From positions 23,438,001-23,502,000 of the forward strand of contig NC_087436.1 of NCBI RefSeq assembly GCF_036321535.1: a DNA stretch of 64,000 nt, written 5' to 3'. A program made the position numbers and the translations under genes. Shown here piece by piece: positions 24,783 through 35,900 of this stretch; position 1 is the first letter of the stretch; each line of letters opens with the position of its first letter. The notes beneath the pieces are model-generated. The model worked only from the letters and a program-made list of their open reading frames with translations, had not been told where the DNA came from and did no database searches. Origin of the DNA: Camelus dromedarius (Eukaryota).

Positions 24783-26280
24783 ATTATCTATGGCAAATAC
24801 TTACTCCTGTGTTTTCTTCTACTAGTTCTATTGTTTTAGCTCTTAAATTTGGGTTGCTGATCCATTTTGAGTTAATTTTTGTATGTGGAGTGAGGTAGGG
24901 GTGCAGTTTCATTCTTTTGTGTTTGGATATCCAGTCGTCCCAATGCCAATTCTTGAAGAGAATATTCTTTCTCTCATTGAATGGTATTGACATCCTTGTC
25001 AAAAATCAATTGGCCATAGATGTTTTTGTTTATTTCTGGAATCATGGTTCTGTTCCATTGGTATGTATGTCAGTACCACACTGTTTTGATTTCTGTAGCT
25101 TTGTGGTAAGCTTTGTAATCAGGAAGGGTGAGTACTCCAACATTTTCTTCTTTAAATAATGTTTTGATTATTCAGGGTCCCTTGCTCTTCCATATGAATC
25201 TGAGGATTCCATAAATTTGGCAGTGAATTCTTAGATTTGACACCAAAAATGTGAGCAACAAATGAATAAATAGATAAATTGGATTTCATAAAAATTAAAA
25301 CCATTTGTGTGTTTTGATAATGTCAAAAGACATTATCAAACTGTGAAAAGGCAGTATACAGAATGGAAGAAAATATTTGCAAATCACATAGCTGATAAGA
25401 GTTTAATATCCAGAATATATAAAGAACTCTTAACAACTCAGCACAAAGAGATGAACAACCCAATTTTAAAAACGGGCAAAGAAGATGAACAGACATTTCT
25501 CCAAAGAAGATATACAGATGGCCAATATGCAAGTGAAAGATATTCAGTATCACTGACCATTAGAAAATGCAAATCAAAACCGCAATGAGATACCACTTCA
25601 CACCCATTAGGGTGGCTTTAATAAAAACAACAAAAATGGCAAATAAGTATTCGCAAGGATATGGAGAAATAAGTACCTTTGTACATTGCTAGTGGAAATG
25701 TACAATGGTGCAGACACTGTGGAAACCATTTTGGCAGTTCCTTAAAAAGTTAAACATAGAGTGACCGAGCAATTCCACTCCTAGATATTTACCCAAGAGA
25801 AATGAAATGTCCACACAGAAACTTGTGTATGAATGTTTATAGCAACATTATTCATAGAAGTCAAAAGGTAGAAACAACCCAAATACCCATCAATGGATAA
25901 ATGGATAAATACATTGTGATATATACATACAATGAGATTTTATTCAATAAACAGAAACAAAGTAATGACACATGCGACAACTTAGATGAACCTTGAAAAC
26001 ATTATGTTAAGTAAAAGAAGCTAGATACAAAAAGTCACATATTTTATGATCCCTTGTATATGATATATTCCAAATAGGCAAGTTCTTAGTGACATAAAGC
26101 AGGGAACAGGGAAGGAGGGAATGTGGAATGATTATATTTTTCTGGGGTGATGAAGTTTGAAACTGGAGAGAGGTGGTGGTTGACCACATTGGGAATGCAC
26201 TGAATGCCACTGACTTATATACTTTATAATGCTTAATTGCATGCTATGTGAATTTCACCTCAATAAAATTTTTAAAAAGA
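24783..26280 (+). mobile_element. L1 (L1MB-type) with inverted 5' segment (24783-25210 antisense, 25210-26280 sense)
   Basis: ORF 24784..25002 (-) KLHPYLTPHTKINSKWI and ORF 25307..25588 (+) EWKKIFANHIADKSLISRIYKEL are both L1 ORF2. Degenerate TSD tatctgtgg near 24768 and 26308. Confidence 0.9.
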
Positions 26281-26632
26281 TAAGGAAAATCAGATCAGGT
26301 AAAAAAGTATCTGTGGGTTGCTTGTCTCTCTGTAATATGAATGAATGAATGGAATTAAGTACCTTAAATCCTAACATAGCCTACAATTTCAAATTCAGCA
26401 TGACTAGTCTCCCATGTATCATAGAATTAATAAGACTAGAATGGACCTTGTATCATATCTACCATATCTCACAGAATTAATAATGCTAGGAAGGAGGTTA
26501 AGTTAAGGATACAAATCTTTATTAAAATAAAATCTTCCCTAAAACAGGATTCAAAAGCATAAACATAAAGGTCAATATAGTTATATAACAAATCATCTTC
26601 TCTCATTTTTAAATGGGGTGTGTGAGATATAA

Positions 26633-26653
26633 GTGTGTGTGTGTGTGTGTGTG
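26633..26653 (+). repeat. (TG)n microsatellite
   Basis: About 10 GT units seen directly. Confidence 0.9.
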
Positions 26654-27622
26654 CACGTTAATGGGTGTTGGGGGTAACATAGCTGAAGAAAGTCCAACAT
26701 GAAGAAAGTTAGTAAACTAATCAGGATTCTCACATTCTATCATGATCTCAAAATATCAGTATCAGTAATGAAGCACATTGGAAGCTAGTGTTTACAATGG
26801 GATTTCTCAGAGCTTTTTCTAAGCAATAACCCAAGAAACATCTCTAAGGGCTCTGAGTACCAATTATGACATTTGAAGTGTGTGTTATCAGTAGATCCCT
26901 GGAGAGAAACTGGCATCTCTAAAGAAGCTGCTAAGCATTCCTCTGCTGTATAAAAGATTCCCTTCTTTTAGGAGTGATTTCACATGAAACTATTTAGATA
27001 TTTTTGACATTAGAGCAAACTGGATTAATTCAGCCCATTAACTACAAAGAGGGGATATGATGGCAGAACTTTGTTTTCATTATGTGTAGCTATTAATAAC
27101 AGCTAGTATTTGTTGAGTGATTACTCTATACTAAGCACTATTCTAAGTGTTTCACCTGTAACCATCTCACATTTCCTCGCTACAACCCTTAAGAAAACAG
27201 ACACACTTGGATAAGATACTTTGCCCAAGACCCACAACCAGGAAGTGGCAGAACCAGATGCACATCCAGGCCCAAAGCCCATATGCCAACCATCCTAATG
27301 CTTGGCCTCTATAGTCACAGGCATTAAAATACACAATCTGATTAATATTGTATTTTTACATCTACATGTTGAGTTTAAAGATAAGGATCAAACACTAAAA
27401 TATGTAAGGAAGGAAATAGGAAATTTTAGATTTGTACACTTCTTTAGGCTACTGTGAACTAAGTTAGCTATTAGTGTGGTATTTTAAGTAAAGTTTTTTC
27501 CTTAGTTATACCCTGTTTTAAATGAATTTATCTTTTGGTTTTCACAAGTGTATTTAAATTGTATGTCATTTGAATCATGTATTGAATTTCAGAAAATATT
27601 CTTTAATATGCTAACAGCTTAC

Positions 27623-27801
27623 ATTAAGAAATCTTTATATACACAATTAGCTTTGGCAATAGGGTGGTAAATAGAAACACGATTCCTGATTTCGCTGTTG
27701 GATAGTCCCTCATAAGACATCAGTCTTGATTCTTCAGCATCCACAATAGTGAACCACGACATAATATACTCATTTAGATGGGTCCTACATGTACACAAAT
27801 C
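27623..27801 (-). pseudogene. RGS-like pseudogene: fully open 179-nt exon resembling an RGS-domain segment
   Basis: ttactaaacAG|GAT...TTA AT|GTaagc; 59 codons with no stop: DLCTCRTHLNEYIMSWFTIVDAEESRLMSYEGLSNSEIRNRVSIYHPIAKANCVYKDFL. W..I...E ... KA..VY..FL resembles the RGS FW...E...KA..IY..F pattern. Confidence 0.55.
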
Positions 27802-28134
27802 CTGTTTAGTAATAGAATTTGATGGCAATTGGTGAAAACAAACATGTAGTAAATTTAACATTTTGTAATTCAACACAAGGCCAACAAAGTGTTAAGTAAT
27901 GTTAGTTAGTGGCTATTGTTTTGCCTAATTACCGCTAGGCAGTCTACTCGCAAGGATGGTGGATTTCAGTCCACTGTTCATCGAAACGTGGCTTGAGTGT
28001 GCTTCAGAGGTAAATACCATATTTCTTTAAATGCCTTTCAATTATGTCCAATTATGGAAATTTTTAAGGTAAATTTTAATGCATTTTATTTTAAAAATTG
28101 CATGTAACTTTTAGTCAGTGTATAAACTGACTAA

Positions 28135-29500
28135 ATTCATTCAGGAAGTATGTATTGAACGCCTGCTATGTGCTAGGCATTTTCCTAGGTGCTGGAGTTA
28201 GATAACAATGAATTAAAATGCTTTATGGCACAGACCTTACATTCTTGGTGGGGAAGACAGACAATGATCACACACACATATACATACACAAATATGTATA
28301 TATATGCACTATATGTATATACAAATATATATATCAAAACACACACACAGTGGAGAAAAGCATTTTGAAGTCCTATGAAGGAAAAATGCAGGGTAAGGGA
28401 GACAGAGGGTGTTAGGAGTGTGGTATTATTTAATACAGTGCATCAGGGAGAACCTGTCTGAGAAAATGATATGTGAGCAGAGACTAAAGGAGTTGAAAGA
28501 GTTAGTGTGAGGACATCTGAAGGATGAAAGACCAGAAAGTACAAAGGTACCTCCCAGAGGTGGGAGCAGGGTCGGCATGTTCACGGAAGGTTCCCAAAGG
28601 ACAGTGATGGAGTGATACCCAGATATACAGCGGAGGGCTAAGCCTTCCATATAGAGCCTTCCAGACTCTTTCAAGCTCCTTGAGTTTCTCTCTGGGAGGT
28701 AGGCCACATGCAGAGGAGACACACAATCTCACTTAGGTTCACTTAGCATCACTCTGACTGCCAACAAGAAAGTTAACTCCGCTTGGAGAGTGGGGAAGGA
28801 AGGAAGGGCAGAATTAGGGAAGTGAATTAGAAGACTGTTGTGATAATCCTGGCTAAGAGGTGTTGCTGACTTAGACCTGAGTGATAGCTGGTATGAAGTA
28901 GTCCAATTCTGGACATATTTCAAATCTGGAACCAACTGATGTTGCTGATGTGGTTAGACAGAGCAAGAGATGAGCCAAGGATGACTTCAAGGCTTTCTGT
29001 GTGAGCAACTAAAAAAGGAGGACCGTTTGCCCAGGTGGAAAGGGCTGTCAGGTGTGAATGGTTGGGGGTGAAAATTAAGAGTTTGCTTTTGGGCCTGTCA
29101 AGTTTAAGATGTTTTTAAATATCCAATGGAGATGTTGAGGAGGCCATTGAAGATGAGTCTGGAGTTCAGAGCAGGAGCCAGGGGAAGATATAAACTTGGG
29201 AGTTGTCCGGAATGGATGGTGTGTAAAGGACCTGGTGAGGTCACAGAGGCAGTGGTGTAGACAGAACAAAGGAGAGGATGGCTAGTGGATGTCAACCCTT
29301 GGAAATCAGGAAGATGAAGAGGAATCAGTGCAGGAGACTGAGAAGGAGCAGCCAACATGGAGAAGGACATGGGAGAGCTGTGTCCTGAAAGAAACTTTCC
29401 TCCCTGTGTCCAAATGAAGAAACTTTCCAAAGGACAGAGTGATCAATAGGGTTAAGAGCTGTTGTCAGGTCAAATAAAGTAAGAACTGAGAATTGATCAC
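28135..29500 (-). mobile_element. L2 LINE
   Basis: Begins ttcattcaggaagtatgtattgaacgcctgctatgtgctaggc (antisense L2 tail); long L2-type body. Confidence 0.85.
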
Positions 29501-30186
29501 TTATAAGATGCAAGCCTTCAGGCCTACATGCAGGCCTGGTTTCAGTTGTCTCCTACAAAAATTTTTGACCCATGAAAGAATTCATGGCTACAAGAATGAG
29601 GAGGTAGGGAGTGATCAGGAAATGGGATATTATAAAGGAAAAGGCAACTTGGAAAATATCAGCAAGACCTTTCCAGCAGGGTGGATTGAAAGCAGAGGAG
29701 AACAGGATGGAAAATGTCTGTTTCCATAGAGTGATGGATCCAGAATTTCTCTTTAGGAAAAATTTCAGGTCGGCATTCTGATTGGAAGGGGGCAGGTGGG
29801 CCACTTGTCTTGGACTTGCACTTTAGGTGAGATAAAAAAAAATTCCATTCCATTCTTATCAAATAATTGGGGAGAGGGAGGATTAAAAACTACCCTCAAG
29901 CATCCCCTTGGAGCTACCACTGCCCAGACTCTAGGGCTGCCGAATATGGTTGTGCGATTGTTCCTGTGCAGAGCTGCCTGCTAGCGGAAAGCAGAGCTTA
30001 AAATCCATCCCTTGCTCTGCTCACCAAGCCATGCCCCAGGCTTCAGAGGTGTACCTTTTTCTAATTTGTTTATATGCTACTCGTGGTCCTACATGGTCCT
30101 ACAAAACTTTTTTCCATCTCTAACAGGCACAAATTGTGTTTATAAATTAAATTCACGTATTGAGGAGGAAAATTGCCAGCACTCAC

Positions 30187-30320
30187 TTCTCCACCTGAAA
30201 ATTCTTCCTAATCTGTAAAGTATTTTTCAAAGATGTACTCTCCTTATTTTCATGTCCATAGACATTTATTAGCATTAATGTCTCCAAGGTCAGTTGCCTC
30301 TTACTATTAAAACATGTCTA
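30187..30320 (-). pseudogene. RGS-like pseudogene: candidate exon with YIFEKYF motif (preceded by a longer block ending at donor 30384)
   Basis: Very strong acceptor tttttttttctcctcaacAG|; donor gaa|GTgagt. Frames give ...LTLETLMLINVYGHENK then, after a shift, GEYIFEKYFTD. Upstream block ends ...VSRK at aag|GTatgt; the intervening intron is only 63 nt. Confidence 0.45.
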
Positions 30321-31304
30321 CTGTTGAGGAGAAAAAAAAATAAACCCATGAATTAAATCTGACTTCAATAAAATTTCACATACCTTCCTAGAAACCAAGA
30401 AATTGATACTTGGCTTGTGTGTGGAAACTGCAGTCCTTGTCTGAAAAGCTTGATTGGTTGGCTTGCTGGGGTCAGTATGTTCCTATTATTTGGGCTCTGT
30501 TAGTTCCCTCTGGCGGACAGATTATGTGAACATTAATTTTGGGTGCTCTTTAGCTAAAAGCTTCAGTGTTTTGGAGCCTTGAGGGCTTTGCCTGTTAATT
30601 GTGAGTACAGGAGATTTCCCGTATTTGTGTATACTGTGTATACACAGGTTGCCTTTGGGAGCAGTAGGTTGGAAGTACCAAGGAAAGGACCGTCGGGGTA
30701 GCCATGGTGATCTTGTGAACATGTGTCAGATGGAATTGCTATTGATGGGCCAAGGGCCTTCAAGACTTTGGAGGCTTTGGAGACTTTGTTTTATATAGTA
30801 AAGTGTGCAAATTGTGAGATTATAGATATATAATATATATCCAACACTCAAATCAAAAACATTTCCAGCACCTTGGGATAAGACTTTTTAAATATTGGTT
30901 TGCTTATTAGCATTCAGGTCTATTTTGCAGCAGCGAAAATGACTTGTAGTTACAGAACTGCTCCCAGTAGTCTACCCAAAGGCTCTGTGAGGAAAATTTT
31001 GTTAAATGCATTGAGATGAAATTATGTCAGTACAGAGGTGGCACACTGCTATTAGTGTCTTCCAAAGTGAAAATTATTCATTTCTCTCCCTTGCTTGGTT
31101 ACAATCTCTTTGCTCTCTCGAATAATTTTCCAATTCGATCCCCTCTCTTCAGTTCAAAACACGCTGATTGATTGTTGTGTGCTCAGGACCCTGGATACAG
31201 AGGAGAGGAAGTTATGGTCCCCGCCCTCCCAGAACTCATAGACCACTTGAGTTTAAAGCAAAAGTGGACATAGGTGATTCCAACCCAGTGTGTTAAGTAT
31301 GACA

Positions 31305-31500
31305 GTAATAAGAGCTAACATTTATAGAGTGTGTGTTCCAGTATCAAGCTTTTCTCTCCGGGTGTTACGTGTGTCTCCTCATTTGAACCTCATCACTATA
31401 ACCGTTAGTTTTGAGAAGATGAAAGCACAGAGAAGCTGGTGACTTGCCCAAGGACAGTGTGGCTGGTGACTGTGGCTGCCAGGATCCGACTCCATCTCTC
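31305..31500 (-). mobile_element. MIR SINE
   Basis: agctaacatttatagag...gatgaaagcacagaga...gtgacttgcccaagg. Confidence 0.7.
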
Positions 31501-31985
31501 ACTTCCCTGAAGCTGTTTCTCAAGCCTGGTGTTGGGAGCACGTGCAGGGCACAAAGGGAGCAGGAAGATTGCTGACTCTCTTGTCTTTTGAGCTGCCCAA
31601 CCAGGAGCCACATTAAGCGCTAGAGAAAAATATGCCAGTCAGTATCTTTCTCTGACACAGCCTTAGTCCAGCTTCCTAACTTGCTTTCTGACAGACTCAA
31701 TTAAAAGCTGGCTGCACCATTATAAAACTTCAAGTGTGTTTTCTTTTCATATGAAATAAAAGGAAAAATTATTCCAGAATTAACACTTGACTATTCATTG
31801 TTAGGGCATGAATTTCTCCAAATCATGAGCAATCAACAGAATCAGATGTCAAACAATTTTTTTAAAATTTCTATTCAAATTGATGTTATGAGTGCTGCCC
31901 ACTAGTAAGTGACTTTCCTTTTTTTTTTTTGGTTTTTTTTTTTTTTTGCCCATCTTGAAAGCACGGTAGAAAACATTGCTGTAAC

Positions 31986-32215
31986 CTTAGGGAGTCCCAG
32001 ATACTTCAAAACAGATCAGTGAAGTGGTGCGAGATTTTGAAATCCCACCTGAGGGTGGTATTTGCCTCTTTCTCTCGTCAGGACTTTCCAAAGCAGGCAG
32101 AGACTCAGGACAAAGATAGCAGAGCCTTCCCTCACGATCGCCAACAAAGTCTTTTCTCCTTGAACATAGAGTCGTGTCCATCTGCATCCTTGCAATGGGC
32201 TTCACACTCAGGCTC
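31986..32215 (-). pseudogene. Candidate exon (open frame KPIARMQMDTTLCSRRKDF...FEVSGTP*)
   Basis: 72-aa ORF 31987..32205 lies between an acceptor-like tccttgtcctctgAG and donor aag|GTtaca. Composition is exon-like against AT-rich flanks. No motif recognised. Confidence 0.3.
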
Positions 32216-32984
32216 CTCAGAGGACAAGGACCAAGTTTAACTCAAATTAAATTTCATTTATCACAGGCTAGGTGCAGATGGGAATAGAATAATTATAACA
32301 GGGTCTAGTAGTAGTCATGATGGTGTTAACGTGGGAGGTGATTCCCAAACTCTTCAATCCATCATATATGACATCAGAGATGCTGTAAAAAATGAGGTTT
32401 GTGTAATCGTTTGCAGAGAAAAAATAATGGCAGAAACATTGAGTAGTCCTAACGGTCGTCAGGGATGCTTGCTTCAAAGGACCCAACCACATTGTGAGGA
32501 GTGATTTGAGTTCACCAATTTATTGGTATTAGGTTGAGTTTTATTAGGGTTACAGTTTTCTTTGTGTCTGATTTATAATTTTGTTGGGGCTTCATAGCTG
32601 TATATGAATTATAATAAAAATTTATATATTTGTTTGTTTATACATATTCTTAAAACAAGATGATAAAGGACATCGACATTGTGAGTTGACAACCCATAAG
32701 AAGTTTTTCTCCTCAAAAGGGTTGTCTGTAGATTACTCAAGGACTGTAACCCACCAGCCTCTAGAGGGAGACAAACACAGGCCTTGCTCCTCTGGAGCTT
32801 CCATTAGCATAGCATTGGTCCATCATTAGGAGTGGGCAAAAGTGAAGACTTTTTTGAAGTCATGACACTATATTTAATGTTGCTTGTTTTTTCTACTCTT
32901 TGACATACTTTAAAAGTTGCTACTCAGCAAATAGTATTTTTCTGCATCCCTTATTCCAATAAAAATCTTGACATCCTGGTTGAT

Positions 32985-35900
32985 TTTTTTTTTCAATATG
33001 CATACAATAAAGTTAAGTAAAGTGCACAATTCTATGGGAGTTTGACAAATGCACAGAGTCTTGTTTCCATCACCCTAGTACCATATAGAACATCCCATCA
33101 ACCTAAAAATTACCTGGTCGAGCCCCTTTGTAGAAATCCTCTCCCCTTTCCCCCAACCCTGGGGCAACCACAGACCTGTTTTCTATCACTTTAGATGTGC
33201 CTTTTCAGTAATTTCATAAAGATGTAACCATATAGTATGTAGCCTTTTGAGTCTGACTTCTTTCACTTATAGAATCAATTTATGATTCATCCTCATTATT
33301 GTGTGGGAATCAAAAACACATTCATTTTTATTGCTGAGTGATAATCCATTGTATGGATATATCAAGTTCATTTATCCATTACCCTGTTGAAGGACATCTT
33401 GATTGTTTCCAGTTTGGGATGACTGTGAATAAAGTTATAAACATTCTTATATAACTTCTTGTGTTATACATTTAGGTTATACATTTAGTTTTGTGATCCA
33501 TATTGAGTTAACTTTTGTTCAAGAAATGAGGTATATGTAGAGGTTTATTTATTTGCATATGGATGTCCAATTGTTCCAGCATTGTTCTTTGAAAAGACTC
33601 TCCTATGTTCATTGCATTGCTTTAGCATCTTTGTTAAAAATCAGTAGACTATTTCTGTGGGTCTATTTATGAGAATTCTATTCAATTTCATTGTTCCACA
33701 CATCTGTCCTTTAGCCATTGTGACACAGTCCTGATTATTGTAGCTTTATACTATGTCTTGAAATCCTACAGTGTGAGTCCTCCAACTTTTTTTTCTTTTT
33801 CAGAATTGCTTTAGCTTTTCCAGGTCCTTTGCCTTTCCATATCAATTTTAGAATTGGCTTCTCATCATCTATAAAATACTTACTGGGATTTTGATTGAGA
33901 TTGCACTGAATCTATAGTTTAATTTTGGGAGAAATGATACCTTAATAATACTGATGCTTCTAAATTATGAACACAGTATATCTCAAGATACTTAGATTTT
34001 CCTCACTATCTTTCATCAGTATGGTTTTTAGTATATAGATCTTGCACATATTCTGTTAGATCTATACCTAAGTTTTTAACTTTTTTGTATAATTATAAGT
34101 GGTATTGTTTCTTAATATCAAGTTTCAATTATTCATTGCCAGAATATAGGAATATGATTGGCTTTTGTATATTGACCTTTTAAAACTTACTTGTTTGTTC
34201 CAGGAATGTTTTTGTAGATCTTTGGAATTCTCTGTGTTAACAACCATGTTGTCTTCAAATAATGACAGTCTTACCTTTTTCCTTTTAAATCTATGTGCCT
34301 TTTACTTATATTTCTTAGCTTATTTCACAGGCTATGACTTCCAGTATGATGTTGAATTGGTATAGTGAGTGAACATTCTTATCTTATTCCTAAACTAGGG
34401 GGTAAGCTTTCAGCATCTTACCCTTAAGTCTGATGTTATGTATAAGTTATTCATAGACTCCCTATATGAGATTAAGGAAGTTCCCTTCCATTCTTAATTT
34501 TCCAAGAATTTTATCACAAATGGCTGTTGAATTTTGTTTTCACTTGTATTGAAATAAATGTGTGTGTGTTTTTTTAGGCTGTTAATATAATGAATTATGT
34601 TGATTGAGTTTTGAATTTGAACCAGCCTTGGGATCTGGGATAATCCCATTTGGTCATATATTCTCTTTTTTATGTATTGCTAATGTTTTGTTGAGAAGTT
34701 TTTTCCTTTATATTTATGAAGAACCTTGGTCTATAGTTTTCTGTTCCTGCAGTATACAGTTTGGTTTGGGCTTTAGGATAATGCTGACCTCATAAAATGA
34801 GTTGGGAAATGTTGCCTCCTCTTTATTCTGGAACATACTGTGTACCGTTGACATTATTTTTTCCTTAAACATTTTATGGAATTTACTAGTGAAACCATCT
34901 GGGTTTTCTTTTTTGAAATTTTTTAACTACAAATTTAATTTATTTAATACATATAGGACTATTTAGGTTAAGCATTTCTTCTTGAATGAGTTTTGGTAGT
35001 TTGGGCATTTCAAGGAATTGATCCATTTCATCTAAGTTGATAAATTTATAAACACAAGAGTTGTTTGTAGTATTCCCTTATTATGCTTTTAGTGCCTATG
35101 AGGTCAGTAGTGATGTCCTTTTGAATTCCTAAAATGGGTAAATTCTGTCTTTCTCTTTTTCTTGGTCAGCCTGATGAAAGGCTTATCAATTTTATGACTT
35201 TATAATTTCAAAAAAATCAGCTTTTGTTTTTATTGATTTAATGTATTATTTTTCTGTTTTTAATTTCATTGATTTCTGTTTTATATTATTTCCTTTCATC
35301 TGCTTGCTTAAGATTTAATTAGCTCCCCTTTAAGTTGGAAGCTTACTTTACTGAATTTAGATCTTTCTGGAGCTCTTTTTTAATATCAGCATTTAATGCT
35401 ATAAATTTCTGTCTAAGAACACTTGAGCTGCATCCTACAAAATTTGATATGTTTTATCTTTATTTTCATTTAATTCAAAATATTTTAAAATTTCTTTGGA
35501 GGCTTCCTCTTTGAACCATGGATTATTTAGAAATGTGTTGCTTCATTTTCAAATATTTGGGTATTTACCAGATACCTTTCTATTCTTGATTTCTAATTTA
35601 ATTACACTATGGTTTCAGAATATACTATGTATATTTCCTGTTCTTTTAAAGTGTTAACAGAATATGGCTGACAATACTCTTTGTGCACTTGAGAAGGTAT
35701 GTTCTGCTGCTGTTGGAGTCAGTGCTCTATAAATGCCAAATGAGACAAGTTGGTTGATGGTGTTACTTAGGTCATCTATATCCTTACTGATTTTCTGCCT
35801 ACTTGTTCTAAGAGTTTCTGAGAGAGGAGTGTTGAAATCTCCATCTAAAATTGTAGGTTTGCCTATTTCTCCTTTAAGATAATCTACCAGGTTTTGCTTC

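Noticed and set aside
27600..27960. Possible endogenous non-retroviral virus or NUMT
   Set aside because: No viral or mitochondrial similarity recognised; better explained as a spliced exon.
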